Assembly: GCA_965222375.1 (NCBI GenBank)
Contig: CBDCTZ010000016.1
Location: 1,216,001 to 1,280,000 of the forward strand
Direction of reading: 5' to 3'
DNA length: 64,000 nucleotides
Source of the DNA: Polyangiaceae bacterium
Lineage (GTDB): Bacteria; Myxococcota_A; Polyangia; Polyangiales; Polyangiaceae
A model generated the notes under the pieces. It was not told where the DNA came from and made no database searches. It worked only from the letters and a program-made list of their open reading frames with translations. Below are positions 38,469 to 48,553 of this stretch, one piece after another (position 1 is the stretch's first letter; every line of letters starts with the position of its first letter). The translations under genes and the position numbers were made by a program.

Positions 38469-39522
38469 ATGCTCAGAGTGGAGTTGCTGTTGCGCTGCGT
38501 TGTCGCGGGCTGCTCTGCGCCTGAGTTCAACGCTCAGCCAAGCGCCGACGCAGGCGGGCTCGACTCCAATTCCGGGGGCGCGAGCGGGGGTAGCGGGGCT
38601 GGCGGTAGCGGCGGTAGCTCCGGCGCGGGTAGCGAGGACTGCACGAACGGGCAAGACGACGACGGAGATGGCCAGGCCGATTGCGCCGACTTGGACGACT
38701 GCGCTTGCGTGCCGCAAGTGCTCGCCGGTTGGCAGGGACCCTACTTCGTGACACCGGCAGCGAGCGGTGACGCTGAGCCCGTTGAATGCCCGCAAGTTGC
38801 GCCCACGGAGGTCAACGTGCTCGGCCAACTCGACGTGCCCCCTACGCAGTGTCCCAGCTGCGACTGCGGCAATGCCATGGGCTCCTGCAGCAACGTCTCC
38901 GTGTCGCGCCACGCCCTAGCCAAGTGCGCGGACGCTGCCTCCACGGTGTTCGGCAACCTCTCCACGAGCTGTCAGCAGACCGTTTTCAGTGGCAGCAGTC
39001 CAAAATCCATGTCTGCTACCGTCACACTGAGCGGCGGGAAGTGTCCGGCGCTCACAATCGGGGACGTCGTTACGCCGGCGCCAAGCCTGACCCAGCGAAA
39101 GCGTGTGTGCTCCGGCGCCCTGGGCAGCTGTGCTTCCGGACACTGCGTTGCTGCGCTGCCCCCAGGCTTCCGCGCGTGTGTGCTGGGCACGACAGCTCAG
39201 GCCTGTCCAAAATGGCTACTCGGTGCAGGACGACCTGGATACTGCCAAGTCGATCTCAGACAGCCGCACGTGCACGTCCTGCGGCTGTGACGCGAGCGGG
39301 CTCAGTTGTGGGGGCTGGAAGGTCCTTGCCGGTTTGCACTGCACGAACGTCGGTTCGGCAGGGACGTTTAGCCCCACGGTTCGGTGCCTCGAATGGCCGA
39401 CGACGGGCGTGGCGGCCAAGGTGGATTCCTACGGAACCGTGTCCGGCACGTGCAAATCCCAGGGTGGCGCACCGGTTGGAACGGTGCAGCCGGAAACTTT
39501 TCGCCTTCGCTGCGCCTCCTGA
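38469..39522 (+). pseudogene. Cys-rich lipoprotein split by a +1 frameshift
   Basis: VAGC lipobox, EDCTNGQDDDGDGQADCAD. Deleting one A from the AAAA run at 39209-39212 joins the two frames as CPNGYSVQDD...DSRTCTSCGC. Confidence 0.7.
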
Positions 39523-39530
39523 GCGCTCCT

Positions 39531-40958
39531 TCACCGCGCCGTGCCGGCCACGCTCTCCAGCTCGGCTAGCGACACTTCGAGATCGTCGATGATGCGCTGG
39601 CAGCTCGGCACGGAGTGGCGGCAAGCCACGACGCCGAAATCGAGGTTAGCGGCGTTGCTGACCAGCGTGAAGTTGAGCGCGAAGCCGTGATAGATGGCGC
39701 TGAGTGGGTAGGCGCCGTCGAGGCGCGCTCCGTTCCAATACATCTGCTCCCGGGGCCCGGGCACATTGGACACGACGGTGCTGAAGGGCGGGAAGCGCTC
39801 GCCCAGGCCGAGCACCCCGGCAAGCAATGCGGGCGCTGCGGTGACCTGGCTGAACAGCATGATCTCCTTGGAGTTCATGGTCTTGAGCAGCGCCTTGCCG
39901 TCATTCATCGAAGCCTGGGTGATGCGGAAGCGCCGCTCCGGGTCTGCGATGTGAGTTGCCAAGTTCGCGGCCAGTGCTCCAACGGCGTTGGCGACGTGGC
40001 CGTCGTCGTCGGCGTCGGTGCGCAGCGATACTGGAGTCAGCGCGGTGAGGGGCTCCGCGGGTAGCTCGCCGCGAGAGCTGAGATAGCGACGCAACGCACC
40101 GCCACACATCGCCAGCACCACGTCGTTGATGGTTCCGTCGAGAGCCCTCGACACCGCCTTGAGCCGGTCCAGCCCATAGGACTGGGCAACGAAGCGCCGT
40201 GCCCCGGTGACTTGGCTGCTCATGCTGGTCTGGGGCGTGCGGCGCCAGAAGCTCATCAAGTTGTCCTGCTCGGGGTTGAGCCAAGCGCGGGTGTAGCGTT
40301 GCAGTCCTTTGACGAGGTTGCCGCTTAGACCAAGTCCCTCTCGCAAGGCTTCCGCGATGCTCTTCAGATCGAGCTGCGAAGGCACTGCCAGGCCATCCCG
40401 CTTCGGCGTCCTCTTTCTGGAGCGAGTGACCTCCCAAGCCGCCAGGGAAAACGGGGAATACTCGATTCGGGCATTGGGGTCGGGGGAGAGAATCGCTTCG
40501 CCGAGCCTGACCGCCCCGACGCCGTCCACCGCCGCGTGATGCATCTTGGTGTACAGGCCAAACTGCCGGTCTTGAAGCCCCTCAATGACATGGCTCTCCC
40601 AAAGCGGCCGATGACGATCGAGCAGTGACTGATGCAGCCGCGCGCAGAGCTGAAACAGCTCTCGATAGCGCCCCGGCTTGGGCAGTGCCGAGTGGCGCAC
40701 GTGGTACTCCAGGTCGAGCCTGTCGTCCTCGACCCACTGCACCGGGCCAGCGACCCCCAACGGCGTCATCTTGAGTTTGTGGCCAAACGGGACGCGAAAG
40801 CGCCGCGTACCCTTGAGGATGTCGAGCGAACTCCGCAAGAACTCCGTCTCGTCCGCGCTATCGGGCAGTTTGAACAGATACAGTCCCCCGACGTGCATTG
40901 GCGTTTCGCGAGTCTCGCCAATCAAGAAACCCGCATCCAAGGGCGACAAGCGCTGCAT
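39531..40958 (-). CDS. Wax ester synthase/diacylglycerol acyltransferase (WS/DGAT)
   Basis: LSPLDAGFL, PMHVG, LDRHRPLWE, HHAAVDG, SNVPGP. Confidence 0.93.
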   Translation of the reverse strand: MQRLSPLDAGFLIGETRETPMHVGGLYLFKLPDSADETEFLRSSLDILKGTRRFRVPFGHKLKMTPLGVAGPVQWVEDDRLDLEYHVRHSALPKPGRYRELFQLCARLHQSLLDRHRPLWESHVIEGLQDRQFGLYTKMHHAAVDGVGAVRLGEAILSPDPNARIEYSPFSLAAWEVTRSRKRTPKRDGLAVPSQLDLKSIAEALREGLGLSGNLVKGLQRYTRAWLNPEQDNLMSFWRRTPQTSMSSQVTGARRFVAQSYGLDRLKAVSRALDGTINDVVLAMCGGALRRYLSSRGELPAEPLTALTPVSLRTDADDDGHVANAVGALAANLATHIADPERRFRITQASMNDGKALLKTMNSKEIMLFSQVTAAPALLAGVLGLGERFPPFSTVVSNVPGPREQMYWNGARLDGAYPLSAIYHGFALNFTLVSNAANLDFGVVACRHSVPSCQRIIDDLEVSLAELESVAGTAR

Positions 40959-41203
40959 GCCCCGAGCTTAGCCCATTGCGCCGCGAGTTTCGCCAATGCG
41001 CCCGCAGTGGCACGCTGCGCACGTGGCCTCGCTGACCCACCTTCGGCTGCAGACGCTTGCGCGAGTGACCTGTGCTCTGAGGCGTGCTTTGCCGACCGCG
41101 CGCGCCGCCGCTGGCGTTAGCGCCGAACCCGTCCGCGTTAACGCACCGAGCCAAAACCACGCCAGGTGGAAATCTTTGGCGGGCTTGTCCCGTACCATCT
41201 TGC

Positions 41204-42277
41204 ATGAGCAAGAGTTTGTGGTTGTTGGTCGCCGGCGTAGGTCTCGTTTCATCCAGTGCTATTGCGCAGAACAAGCCGGTTTTGCGCCTGCCACATTCGG
41301 TTTCGAAGACGAAAGCCGCCGCGCGCGCACCAGGTAGGGCAATGTGTGCGCAGCCCCGCAACCTGCCAGCGACGCGAGTGGGCGGGAACCTCACCGTGCA
41401 CTCGCCACCCGCGCAAGCACGCGCCCCTGGTGGCGCGCGCTTGCGGTCGCACACCTTGCAGAAGCCGAACACGCGCACCTACCAGCAGCTCAAGATCTGG
41501 GCGGGACCCGAGGTACCACGTTTTGTTCCGCTCACGGTGGGCAAGTCACAGCTCTCGATGCTGGACGCGATCCCCGGTGGGTACATGGCGCTGTACCGCG
41601 AGCCATACACGAGCTGCCAGCGCCTGAAGAGAAAGAAAGGCGGCGGGCTGGACTGGACCAATTGCCAGTCAGAAGTCATGCTGTTCGACTGCGCCGGGAA
41701 AGCGAAGGTGCGTGTGTCGCTGCATCGCTACCACAAGCGTAAGGATTACCTCGAGGTCCAAGATGTCCGCGTCGACGGCGACATGTTGTACTTCAACGAG
41801 GGCTGCATCACGTACTCACGGGAAGCGGGTGGGCGCTGTTCTCAGCTGGTGGCAGTGGACCTGCGCACGGGCAAGGAGAAGTGGCGCACCGGCTTCAAGA
41901 CATCGAACAACGTCTTTCTCGTCCATGGGGGCTACATCATTGGTGGCTACGGGTTCACCGCCGAGCCCAGCGCGCTGAACATCTTTCGCAAGAAGGACGG
42001 CCGACTACTACGCAAGAAGCGGCTGAAGACCAAGTCGTTCCCAGGCGGCAATCACGACTTCTTGCGCATCGAGCGAGGCGACGTGCTGCGCGTTGGCGTT
42101 TACGAACACTTCAAGGACCTCAAGTTCTCGCTCAAGGGCCTTTCGGCCGACCGCCCCTCCCTGAGGTACTTGGGAAGCGTCGCACCACTCAAGGCTTCGC
42201 CCCGCAAAACTCCAGCGCGCACGCCTCCTCAGCGTCACCGCGCCCGATCGAGACACGTGATCAAAGCGGGCTTCTAG
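41204..42277 (+). CDS. Secreted protein with PQQ-like beta-propeller segment
   Basis: Signal peptide, LVAVDLRTGKEKWR. Confidence 0.7.
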   Translation: MSKSLWLLVAGVGLVSSSAIAQNKPVLRLPHSVSKTKAAARAPGRAMCAQPRNLPATRVGGNLTVHSPPAQARAPGGARLRSHTLQKPNTRTYQQLKIWAGPEVPRFVPLTVGKSQLSMLDAIPGGYMALYREPYTSCQRLKRKKGGGLDWTNCQSEVMLFDCAGKAKVRVSLHRYHKRKDYLEVQDVRVDGDMLYFNEGCITYSREAGGRCSQLVAVDLRTGKEKWRTGFKTSNNVFLVHGGYIIGGYGFTAEPSALNIFRKKDGRLLRKKRLKTKSFPGGNHDFLRIERGDVLRVGVYEHFKDLKFSLKGLSADRPSLRYLGSVAPLKASPRKTPARTPPQRHRARSRHVIKAGF

Positions 42278-43479
42278 CTCCCCGGCAGGCGTCTACACGC
42301 TTGCTCGGCTCCCAGGTCGCAGGCGCGCTTGAAGTAGTGTTGCGCTCGGGACGCCTCACCTGCGTTGTCGAAGGACATCCCGAGGGCGTGGCAGGCTTGG
42401 GGCTGCCCTCGCTCGCACGGCCGTTCCAGGAGCCGACGACCTCGCTGAGCGTCGGCGCGGCGTGGCCCCCGGGTCATCCAAGCGACGCCCAAGAGCGTAC
42501 ACGCGGTCATGTCGTCTAGACGACAAGCTCGCTGGAAGGCCGTCGTGCTCTTGCCGAGGTCGCGCTCTACCCGGTCGCCGATCGCCAGCAGTGTGCCCCA
42601 TTCGCGGCAAGCCTTGGCGTCGCCCCGTTGGCAGGCATCGCGGCAAGTGGCGACCTCAGGACAGAACTTCCCTTTGAGCGGAGCAGCTTGCTCCGATGAG
42701 AGGATCGCAATTGGCGGTTGTGGGGGCTCCAACTTGGACAACTCGAGGCGCAAGACCGCACCGCAATGGTTGGGTGGTGCTGGCTGACCGGGGCGAGCCG
42801 TACGACAGGCGGCGATGGAGCCGTCCCGATTGAGCCGGTCCTCGGACGCGCTCGAGCTTGCTGCCACTTCGGCTCCAAAGATCCCCGCTGCAGCCCGAGT
42901 GGCCTGGCGATTCGATGTGCCGAATGCGAACGCGCCGAGCGTCGCGCTCTCCACCACGTGGGTTGCGCCACGGCAGTCACCTCGCAGCTCGTCAATAGAA
43001 AGCACCTCGTGATCAGCCTGCCGCTTGCCGACAATCATCATGGCTAGATCCAAACTCGAGGACGAGCCGTGTCGCGCCTCGGCCTTGGCGAAAAGCCGAG
43101 GGCCCAATAAGGGCAGCTGCGCCGCGGCGCTCGCGCGATCTGTGAGCCGCACGAGCTGTTCTTTCGCCTCCGTGCCAACGTAGCCGTAGGCACCTGGCAC
43201 GCTACATTGCGGCAGCACCTGGAGCGTCCGGCAGTCGTACCGGACCACCGCCAAGCCGCGTGTCATCGCAACCTCGAGGTCGGCGCGGCGTTCCGGCTGC
43301 TGATCGACGACCAAGGCGCTGACCCGACCTGCGCCAGCAGATTCGCAAGCACTTCGGCCCGTGGCGCTCACAACGCTCTCTGGTCTCGAAGTCGAGGGTC
43401 GCGCGCAGGAAGAGATAGCCACTACCATCAAGGGCAACGCCGCGAGCCCAGCCCGTTGGGAGCAGGTGTTTCTGGTCAT
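42274..43479 (-). CDS. Sel1-repeat lipoprotein
   Basis: ISSC lipobox and repeats of ACxxGxxxAC...LG. Start position uncertain. Confidence 0.75.
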   Translation of the reverse strand: MTRNTCSQRAGLAALPLMVVAISSCARPSTSRPESVVSATGRSACESAGAGRVSALVVDQQPERRADLEVAMTRGLAVVRYDCRTLQVLPQCSVPGAYGYVGTEAKEQLVRLTDRASAAAQLPLLGPRLFAKAEARHGSSSSLDLAMMIVGKRQADHEVLSIDELRGDCRGATHVVESATLGAFAFGTSNRQATRAAAGIFGAEVAASSSASEDRLNRDGSIAACRTARPGQPAPPNHCGAVLRLELSKLEPPQPPIAILSSEQAAPLKGKFCPEVATCRDACQRGDAKACREWGTLLAIGDRVERDLGKSTTAFQRACRLDDMTACTLLGVAWMTRGPRRADAQRGRRLLERPCERGQPQACHALGMSFDNAGEASRAQHYFKRACDLGAEQACRRLPGS

Positions 43480-43564
43480 CAACCACATGTGAACGCCAAT
43501 ACCACCGGTAGCAGAAAGGAGCACGCGCTCGGCAATGGACTCATCCACCGCTGCTCGCGGTCCG

Positions 43565-43969
43565 TCATGCTTCCAGGATGATCACATCGAGCCCAGGGAC
43601 CCGACAGAAATCCTGGTCGAAGGTCAGCAGGCGCCCGCCCGCCACGAGAGTCGTCGCGGCAATCCAAACATCGTTGATGGGGATCGGAGTTCCAGCACGC
43701 TTGAGTTCGGAGAAGAGCGTGCCGTAGCGTCGTGCTTCCGGCTCTCCGACTGACGCAACTACGGTGAACGGCTCTTGCAGGAAGTCTTCGAGCACGCGTT
43801 GATTGGCAGCCACGCGCTTTCCGAGCTGAAACCCTGCGTGCAGCTCGCCGACGACTGTTGCAGGAACCACGATGCTCTGCGCACGGCTCATCCAAGTCAG
43901 GGTTTGTTCATGACCGCGGCGAAAGTGCGAATAGGCCGACGTGTCGAGAACCAGGGTGGCGACTCTCAC
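43565..43969 (-). CDS. vapC: VapC/PIN-domain toxin (copy 1)
   Basis: LDTSAY, VVGEL, GTPIPINDVWIAA, LTFDQDF. Confidence 0.93.
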   Translation of the reverse strand: MRVATLVLDTSAYSHFRRGHEQTLTWMSRAQSIVVPATVVGELHAGFQLGKRVAANQRVLEDFLQEPFTVVASVGEPEARRYGTLFSELKRAGTPIPINDVWIAATTLVAGGRLLTFDQDFCRVPGLDVIILEA

Positions 43970-44208
43970 GACCAGTCGCTCTCATCCACTGCACGTTGCT
44001 CCCCCAGCGCTGAATCGAAATCCCGCGCGTCCTCCTCGGTCCAGGTCGCGTAGCGCTGCAGGCGCGCTCTGCGTTCGTCGACGCCCAGTGCATGCTTCAG
44101 GATCTGCAGCACGGTCGTGTTGACGCTCTCGTTTCGCTCCTCGGCAAGCTTCTTCAGCGCAGCAGCGACCTCAGGTGGCACGTTGCGCACGGTGAGCTGC
44201 CGACTCAT
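43966..44208 (-). CDS. vapB: Ribbon-helix-helix antitoxin, FitA/VapB-like (copy 1)
   Basis: QLTVRNVP...LKKLAEERNESVN, acidic tail, GTGA overlap with vapC. Confidence 0.85.
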   Translation of the reverse strand: MSRQLTVRNVPPEVAAALKKLAEERNESVNTTVLQILKHALGVDERRARLQRYATWTEEDARDFDSALGEQRAVDESDWS

Positions 44209-44214
44209 AAGATG

Positions 44215-44243
44215 AGTCTATGACAGCGTAATCATGATGTCAA
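44215..44243 (-). promoter_or_regulatory. Sigma70-type promoter of vapBC copy 1 with overlapping inverted repeat
   Basis: TTGACA-17 bp-TAGACT, 6 nt before the ATG. TGACA...TGTCA inverted repeat at 44221-44242. Confidence 0.8.
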
Positions 44244-44251
44244 GCAGGCAC

Positions 44252-44526
44252 ATCCTTAGATTGCGGGCTTGGGCGTGGGCAGCGTCCATCGACGCCTCCG
44301 CGACAGGGTCGGGCGCTGCGATTGTAGCCGCGTGCATGCTCGCGTCGGCGGAAGCATCTTTGTTGCCGCCCGGCGCGGTGCTGTCGCCGTCGCAGGAGCA
44401 GGCGACGGCGATCAGGGCCGCGAAGGGGACCACACGATCGTGCCCGAACCCACAACGCACACCGTAGATCTGGGCGACGGCGATCAGGGCCGCGAAGGGG
44501 ACCATACGAGATGTCATCGCCTGCAC
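44252..44526 (-). pseudogene. 5' remnant of the lipoprotein family at 48554-53145
   Basis: QAMTSRMVPFAALIAVA (duplicated internally), then CSCDGDSTAPGGNKDASADAS, truncated against the vapBC promoter. Confidence 0.8.
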
Positions 44527-44532
44527 TTGGTC

Positions 44533-44694
44533 TCAGTCTCCGCGGAACAGCCAGAACAGCCCGATGACGCTGGCGGCCAATACGCCGAGCGCGATGGCGG
44601 CGACCAAGAGATCCGTCGAGGTCCAGCCCACCTTGCGCTCGCGAACGGGTCGTTTCGCTCGCTTGAGCATGGCCACGTCGGGGCGCTGCCGCGG
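44533..44694 (-). pseudogene. Diverged copy of the FHA gene 3' end
   Basis: KRAKRPVRERKVGWTSTDLLVAAIALGVLAASVIGLFWLFRGD* matches 56462-56625. Confidence 0.9.
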
Positions 44695-44854
44695 CCTATC
44701 GCTCCGAAAAGCTGCGCACCTTGCGCAGATTGTCGCCGATGCCGGGACCACGGAAGGTTCGGTGAGTGGACCTGCCCTGCGCGTTTCGAGCCGGAAACGG
44801 CTGTCTTTGTAAGCGACGCGCCGGGGGCACGCGAATTGCTCCGGCAACCCAACG

Positions 44855-46210
44855 ATGGCACGAATGACACTATCAACATGGATTGTCGCGCTCGCTTGGG
44901 CCGGACTGCTCAGCGCAGCCTGCGGGGGGGGTGGGTCGGGCGGAGGCGGCATCATCGACGGCAGTGCGGATGGATTCGTCGGTTCCGGTGGCGGACCCGA
45001 TTCGGGCGGGCTCCATGATGCGCCGACCGGAGACGCTCCGGGGGATGGGTCGCCAGTCATCGACAGCAGCGAGGATGCGGGTCCGGCTGCCGCCGCTTGT
45101 GTTACCGCAGGAACATCATTGGCGAACAGTTTTGACCCGACTTTCGACAACGGCCTGAAGACACTTCCAAGTCTCGGCTTCAACATCACGAACTTCAAAG
45201 GGATCCGGGGCGATTCGAAGCAGCGGCTCATCGTGTTTGGCACCAAGTCTGGCGTTACGAGCGATGCGCTGGCTGTTCGCTTCACTGAGGACGGTAAACT
45301 CGACACGACCTTCGGCACCGGCGGAGTCGCTGTGTTTGCCCCTAGCGCGAAGTCCGACAGTGTTTTTGACGCCCAAGTCGACGCTCTTGGGCGCGTCTAT
45401 CTCACAGGTCTCACTCATGAGAATGGCGGCAAGCCGCAGGGCTCTTTTGTAATTCGCTTCACTGAAGGCGGTGTTCCGGACGCCAGTTTTGGCGATGGGG
45501 GCTTCGTGCGGTTGGGCGACCCTGTTCTCAGCGCCGTGGCTGAGGTGATCTTGCCTGTGGGCGACGGGGTGCTGGTGGGTGGGTTTCGTTCGCAATCGAA
45601 CAACACGAATCCGATGGGTTTCATACTCAAGCTCCGAGCAGACGGTTCCAACGACCCGAGCTTCCCCACGCTCAACGCGGGAACGGGTTTCAAGGCTCTC
45701 GCCTTGGGGGCGGGAGACACGCTCTTCGCCGGAGGTGATCACGTACGAAAGCTGGCGTTTTCCAATCCGACGTCGTCGATTTGGCTCAACCAAGAGTTCA
45801 ACCTGGTGGAGCAGCTCGCAGCCGCGCCGGACGGGGGAGTGCTCGTCAGGACGGGGGGCAGCTTTGGCTCGATCGACGCAACGGGTAAGAAGACCTACTC
45901 CAAGTTCGCGAGCGGTTTCTCAAACGAGTGGATTGCCGCGTACTGCGACGGGCGGTCGCTGGTCGTGGGCTCTGACATCAATGGCGATCCCAAGGCTGCT
46001 GATCGCCCCGCCGCCGTTCGGCTCGACGCCACCGGCGCGTTCGAACTCGGGTCGAGCGGTGGTCCGGCGACCTGGCCGAGCCTCGAAACCGCGGCGTCGA
46101 CACCAGGGAGCTGGCGGGTGGTTGGCGCTTTCGTTCGCGCCGACGGGAAGGTCATCGTTGCGGCGGAAGATCAGGATAACGCGGTCGTGCTGGTCCGCTT
46201 CTCGCCCTAG
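44855..46210 (+). CDS. Lipoprotein with delta-60-like repeats
   Basis: SAAC lipobox, FDPTF, DGKLDTTFGTGGV, PDASFGDGG, DGSNDPSF. Confidence 0.8.
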   Translation: MARMTLSTWIVALAWAGLLSAACGGGGSGGGGIIDGSADGFVGSGGGPDSGGLHDAPTGDAPGDGSPVIDSSEDAGPAAAACVTAGTSLANSFDPTFDNGLKTLPSLGFNITNFKGIRGDSKQRLIVFGTKSGVTSDALAVRFTEDGKLDTTFGTGGVAVFAPSAKSDSVFDAQVDALGRVYLTGLTHENGGKPQGSFVIRFTEGGVPDASFGDGGFVRLGDPVLSAVAEVILPVGDGVLVGGFRSQSNNTNPMGFILKLRADGSNDPSFPTLNAGTGFKALALGAGDTLFAGGDHVRKLAFSNPTSSIWLNQEFNLVEQLAAAPDGGVLVRTGGSFGSIDATGKKTYSKFASGFSNEWIAAYCDGRSLVVGSDINGDPKAADRPAAVRLDATGAFELGSSGGPATWPSLETAASTPGSWRVVGAFVRADGKVIVAAEDQDNAVVLVRFSP

Positions 46211-46375
46211 CCCGCCCCTCGGTGCCGCGGGGCGGCAGTACCCTCGGGTTTTCTGAACGTCGTTTTTTGCTTGCACCCGGCGGCTACGCGCATCGTTGGG
46301 GATCCGTTCGGCACCCGCCCTCGGGTTTCGGATTTGAAGGGTATCCAGTTTCGTCGGCGAGCGTAAGAACCAATC

Positions 46376-46900
46376 ATGAACCGACTATGCGGGACGCTGG
46401 TTGGGGGTGTTGGGCTCAGGGGATCTTTGCGCGGCGTGTACCGCGCCGTCGCGCTCATGGCTGCGACGCTGGCGCTTTCGTGCGGCGGGTCAGGCGATGA
46501 AGACGGCGGTGGGGCCGGGGCAGCGGGGATGGGCGGCACGGCGGGCAGCGCGGGTAGTGGTGGCAGCGCGGGTAGTGGTGGCAGCGCGGGTAGTGTCAGT
46601 CTTGCCTGCGTGGGTGATGAAGTCGTGTGTGGATTGAACTGCTGCAGCGTAGGTCAGTGTGATGCGTTTGGCGGCTATTCCATGAAAGTGGAGCCGGTGA
46701 ACGGAAGATGTCGGCTTACAATCACCGATCCAACCGTGGGCAGTGCGGTTGCGTTCTTGGGCTGTGACGGTTCCGTAGAGGCGTTCAATACAAATGGAAA
46801 ACCGAATGACCAACCTGGAACTTGGACCGGAAGCGGTTCGAACTTCACGCTCAACATTGATGGCTTTGACCACGTCTGCCAGGTTTCGCCTGGGCCATGA
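46376..46900 (+). CDS. Small Cys-containing lipoprotein
   Basis: ALSC lipobox and GSAGSG linker repeats. The true start may lie downstream. Confidence 0.7.
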   Translation: MNRLCGTLVGGVGLRGSLRGVYRAVALMAATLALSCGGSGDEDGGGAGAAGMGGTAGSAGSGGSAGSGGSAGSVSLACVGDEVVCGLNCCSVGQCDAFGGYSMKVEPVNGRCRLTITDPTVGSAVAFLGCDGSVEAFNTNGKPNDQPGTWTGSGSNFTLNIDGFDHVCQVSPGP

Positions 46901-47150
46901 CACGTCCGCGATGCTGCCGCGGTTGAGCTAGAAGGCGTCGGCCGGGCCCGTGCCCGGGGCGGTCATTGACCCATGCGACCACCTTGAAGGCAATGGGTGC
47001 CCCCGCCGCGCCAAAACGTGGCCTGCTGCGGGAGTAGCGGCCCAGGTCGACCCAGTGACGCGACCCCAACCAAACAAACTGATGGGGGCTATGCTGACTC
47101 GATTGCAGTCGGACGGTGCAACACGCAGGCCCTTGGGATGTCTCTGAGAC

Positions 47151-47229
47151 TCAATCCCCGCGGAACAGCCAGAACAGGCCGATGACGCTGACGGCCAGCA
47201 CGACGATCGCGACGGCGGCGATCAGGAGG
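47151..47229 (-). pseudogene. Second diverged copy of the FHA gene 3' end
   Basis: LLIAAVAIVVLAVSVIGLFWLFRGD* matches 56462-56540. Confidence 0.88.
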
Positions 47230-47760
47230 GCGCTGCTCTCAGCTGGTGGCGGTGGACGTGCGCAGGGGCAAGGAGAAGTGGCGCACCGGCTTCAAGACGT
47301 TGAACAACGCCTTTCTCGTCCACGGTGATTACATCATTGGTGGCTACGGGTTCACCGCTGAGCCCAGTGCGCTGAATATCCTTCGCAAGAAGGACGGCCG
47401 CCTGCTGCGCAAGACGCGGCTGAAGACCCGGTCGTTCCCGGGTGGCAATCACGATCATTTGCGCATCGAGCCAGGCAATGTGCTGCGCGTGGGCGTGTAT
47501 GAACACTTCAAGGACCTCAAGTTCTCGCTCAACGGCCTCGGAGCCGGCCGCCCCTCACTGAGGTACTTGGGTAGCGTCGCGCCACTCAAGGCTTCGCCCC
47601 GAAAACCTCCGACGCGCAAGCCTCCTCCGCGTCACCGCGCCCGTTCAAAGCACGTCATCAAGGTGGGCTTCTAGCTCCCTGGCAGACGTCTACGAGCTTG
47701 CTCGGCTCCCCGGTCGCAGCCGCGCCTGAAGTAGTGTTGCGCTCGGGACGCCTCGCCCGC
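47228..47760 (+). pseudogene. Duplicate of 41831-42362 (3' half of the PQQ-like gene plus Sel1 gene tail)
   Basis: Close nucleotide and protein match: GKEKWRTGFKT...HRARSKHVIKVGF*. Confidence 0.9.
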
Positions 47761-47783
47761 GGCCCACGGCTACTCGCGGCCCG

Positions 47784-48188
47784 TCATGCTTCAAGCATGA
47801 TCACGTCGAGCCCAGGGACCCGACAGAAATCCTGATCGAAGGTCAGCAGGCGCCCGCCCGCAACCAAAGTGGTCGCGGCGATCCACACGTCGTTGATGGG
47901 GATCGGTGTCCCAGCGCGCTTGAGCTCGGAGAAGAGCGTGCCATAGCGTCGTGCTTCCGGCTCCCCGACCGACGCAACTACGGTGAAGGGTTCTTGTAGA
48001 AAGTCTTCGAGCACGCGTTGATTGGCAGCCACGCGCTTTCCGAGCTGAAACCCCGCATGCAGCTCGCCGACGACCGTTGCGGGAACCATGATGCTCTGCG
48101 CACGGCTCATCCAGGTCAGGGTTTGCTCATGGCCGCGGCGAAACTGCGAATAAGCCGACGTGTCGAGTACCAGGGTGGCGACCCTCAC
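47784..48188 (-). CDS. vapC: VapC/PIN-domain toxin (copy 2)
   Basis: Nearly identical in protein sequence to 43565-43969. Confidence 0.93.
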   Translation of the reverse strand: MRVATLVLDTSAYSQFRRGHEQTLTWMSRAQSIMVPATVVGELHAGFQLGKRVAANQRVLEDFLQEPFTVVASVGEPEARRYGTLFSELKRAGTPIPINDVWIAATTLVAGGRLLTFDQDFCRVPGLDVIMLEA

Positions 48189-48427
48189 GACCAGTCGCCT
48201 TCATCCACTGCACGTTGCTTTTCAAGCGCTGAATCGAAATCCCGCGCGTCTTCCTCAGTCCAGGTTGCGTAGCGCTGCAGGCGTGCTCTGCGTTCGTCGA
48301 CACCCAGCGCATGCTTCAGGATCTCCAGCACGGTCGTGTTGACGCTTTCATTTCGCTCTTCGGCGAGCTGCTTCAGCGCAGCAGCGACCTCTGCTGGCAC
48401 GTTGCGCACGGTGAGCTGCCGACTCAT
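48185..48427 (-). CDS. vapB: RHH antitoxin (copy 2)
   Basis: Nearly identical to 43966-44208. Confidence 0.85.
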   Translation of the reverse strand: MSRQLTVRNVPAEVAAALKQLAEERNESVNTTVLEILKHALGVDERRARLQRYATWTEEDARDFDSALEKQRAVDEGDWS

Positions 48428-48433
48428 GGAGTG

Positions 48434-48462
48434 AATCTATGACAGCATAATGACGATGTCAA
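48434..48462 (-). promoter_or_regulatory. Sigma70-type promoter of vapBC copy 2
   Basis: TTGACA-17 bp-TAGATT, 6 nt before the ATG, with the same TGACA/TGTCA inverted repeat. Confidence 0.8.
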
Positions 48463-48553
48463 GCAGGCATGCCGTGATTCGCCGAGGGCGCATTACTCTC
48501 GTCCAGGCCCACGCGCGGCTCGAGCGTCCACGTGACCTGCCCCAACCGGTGCA

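Noticed and set aside
44533..45318. 261-aa minus-strand ORF as a real gene
   Set aside because: Chimera of the antisense strand of the delta-60 lipoprotein gene and the duplicated FHA tail.
46544..46594. 18-bp tandem repeats (also near 9950-9990)
   Set aside because: They encode ordinary GSAGSG-type lipoprotein linkers.
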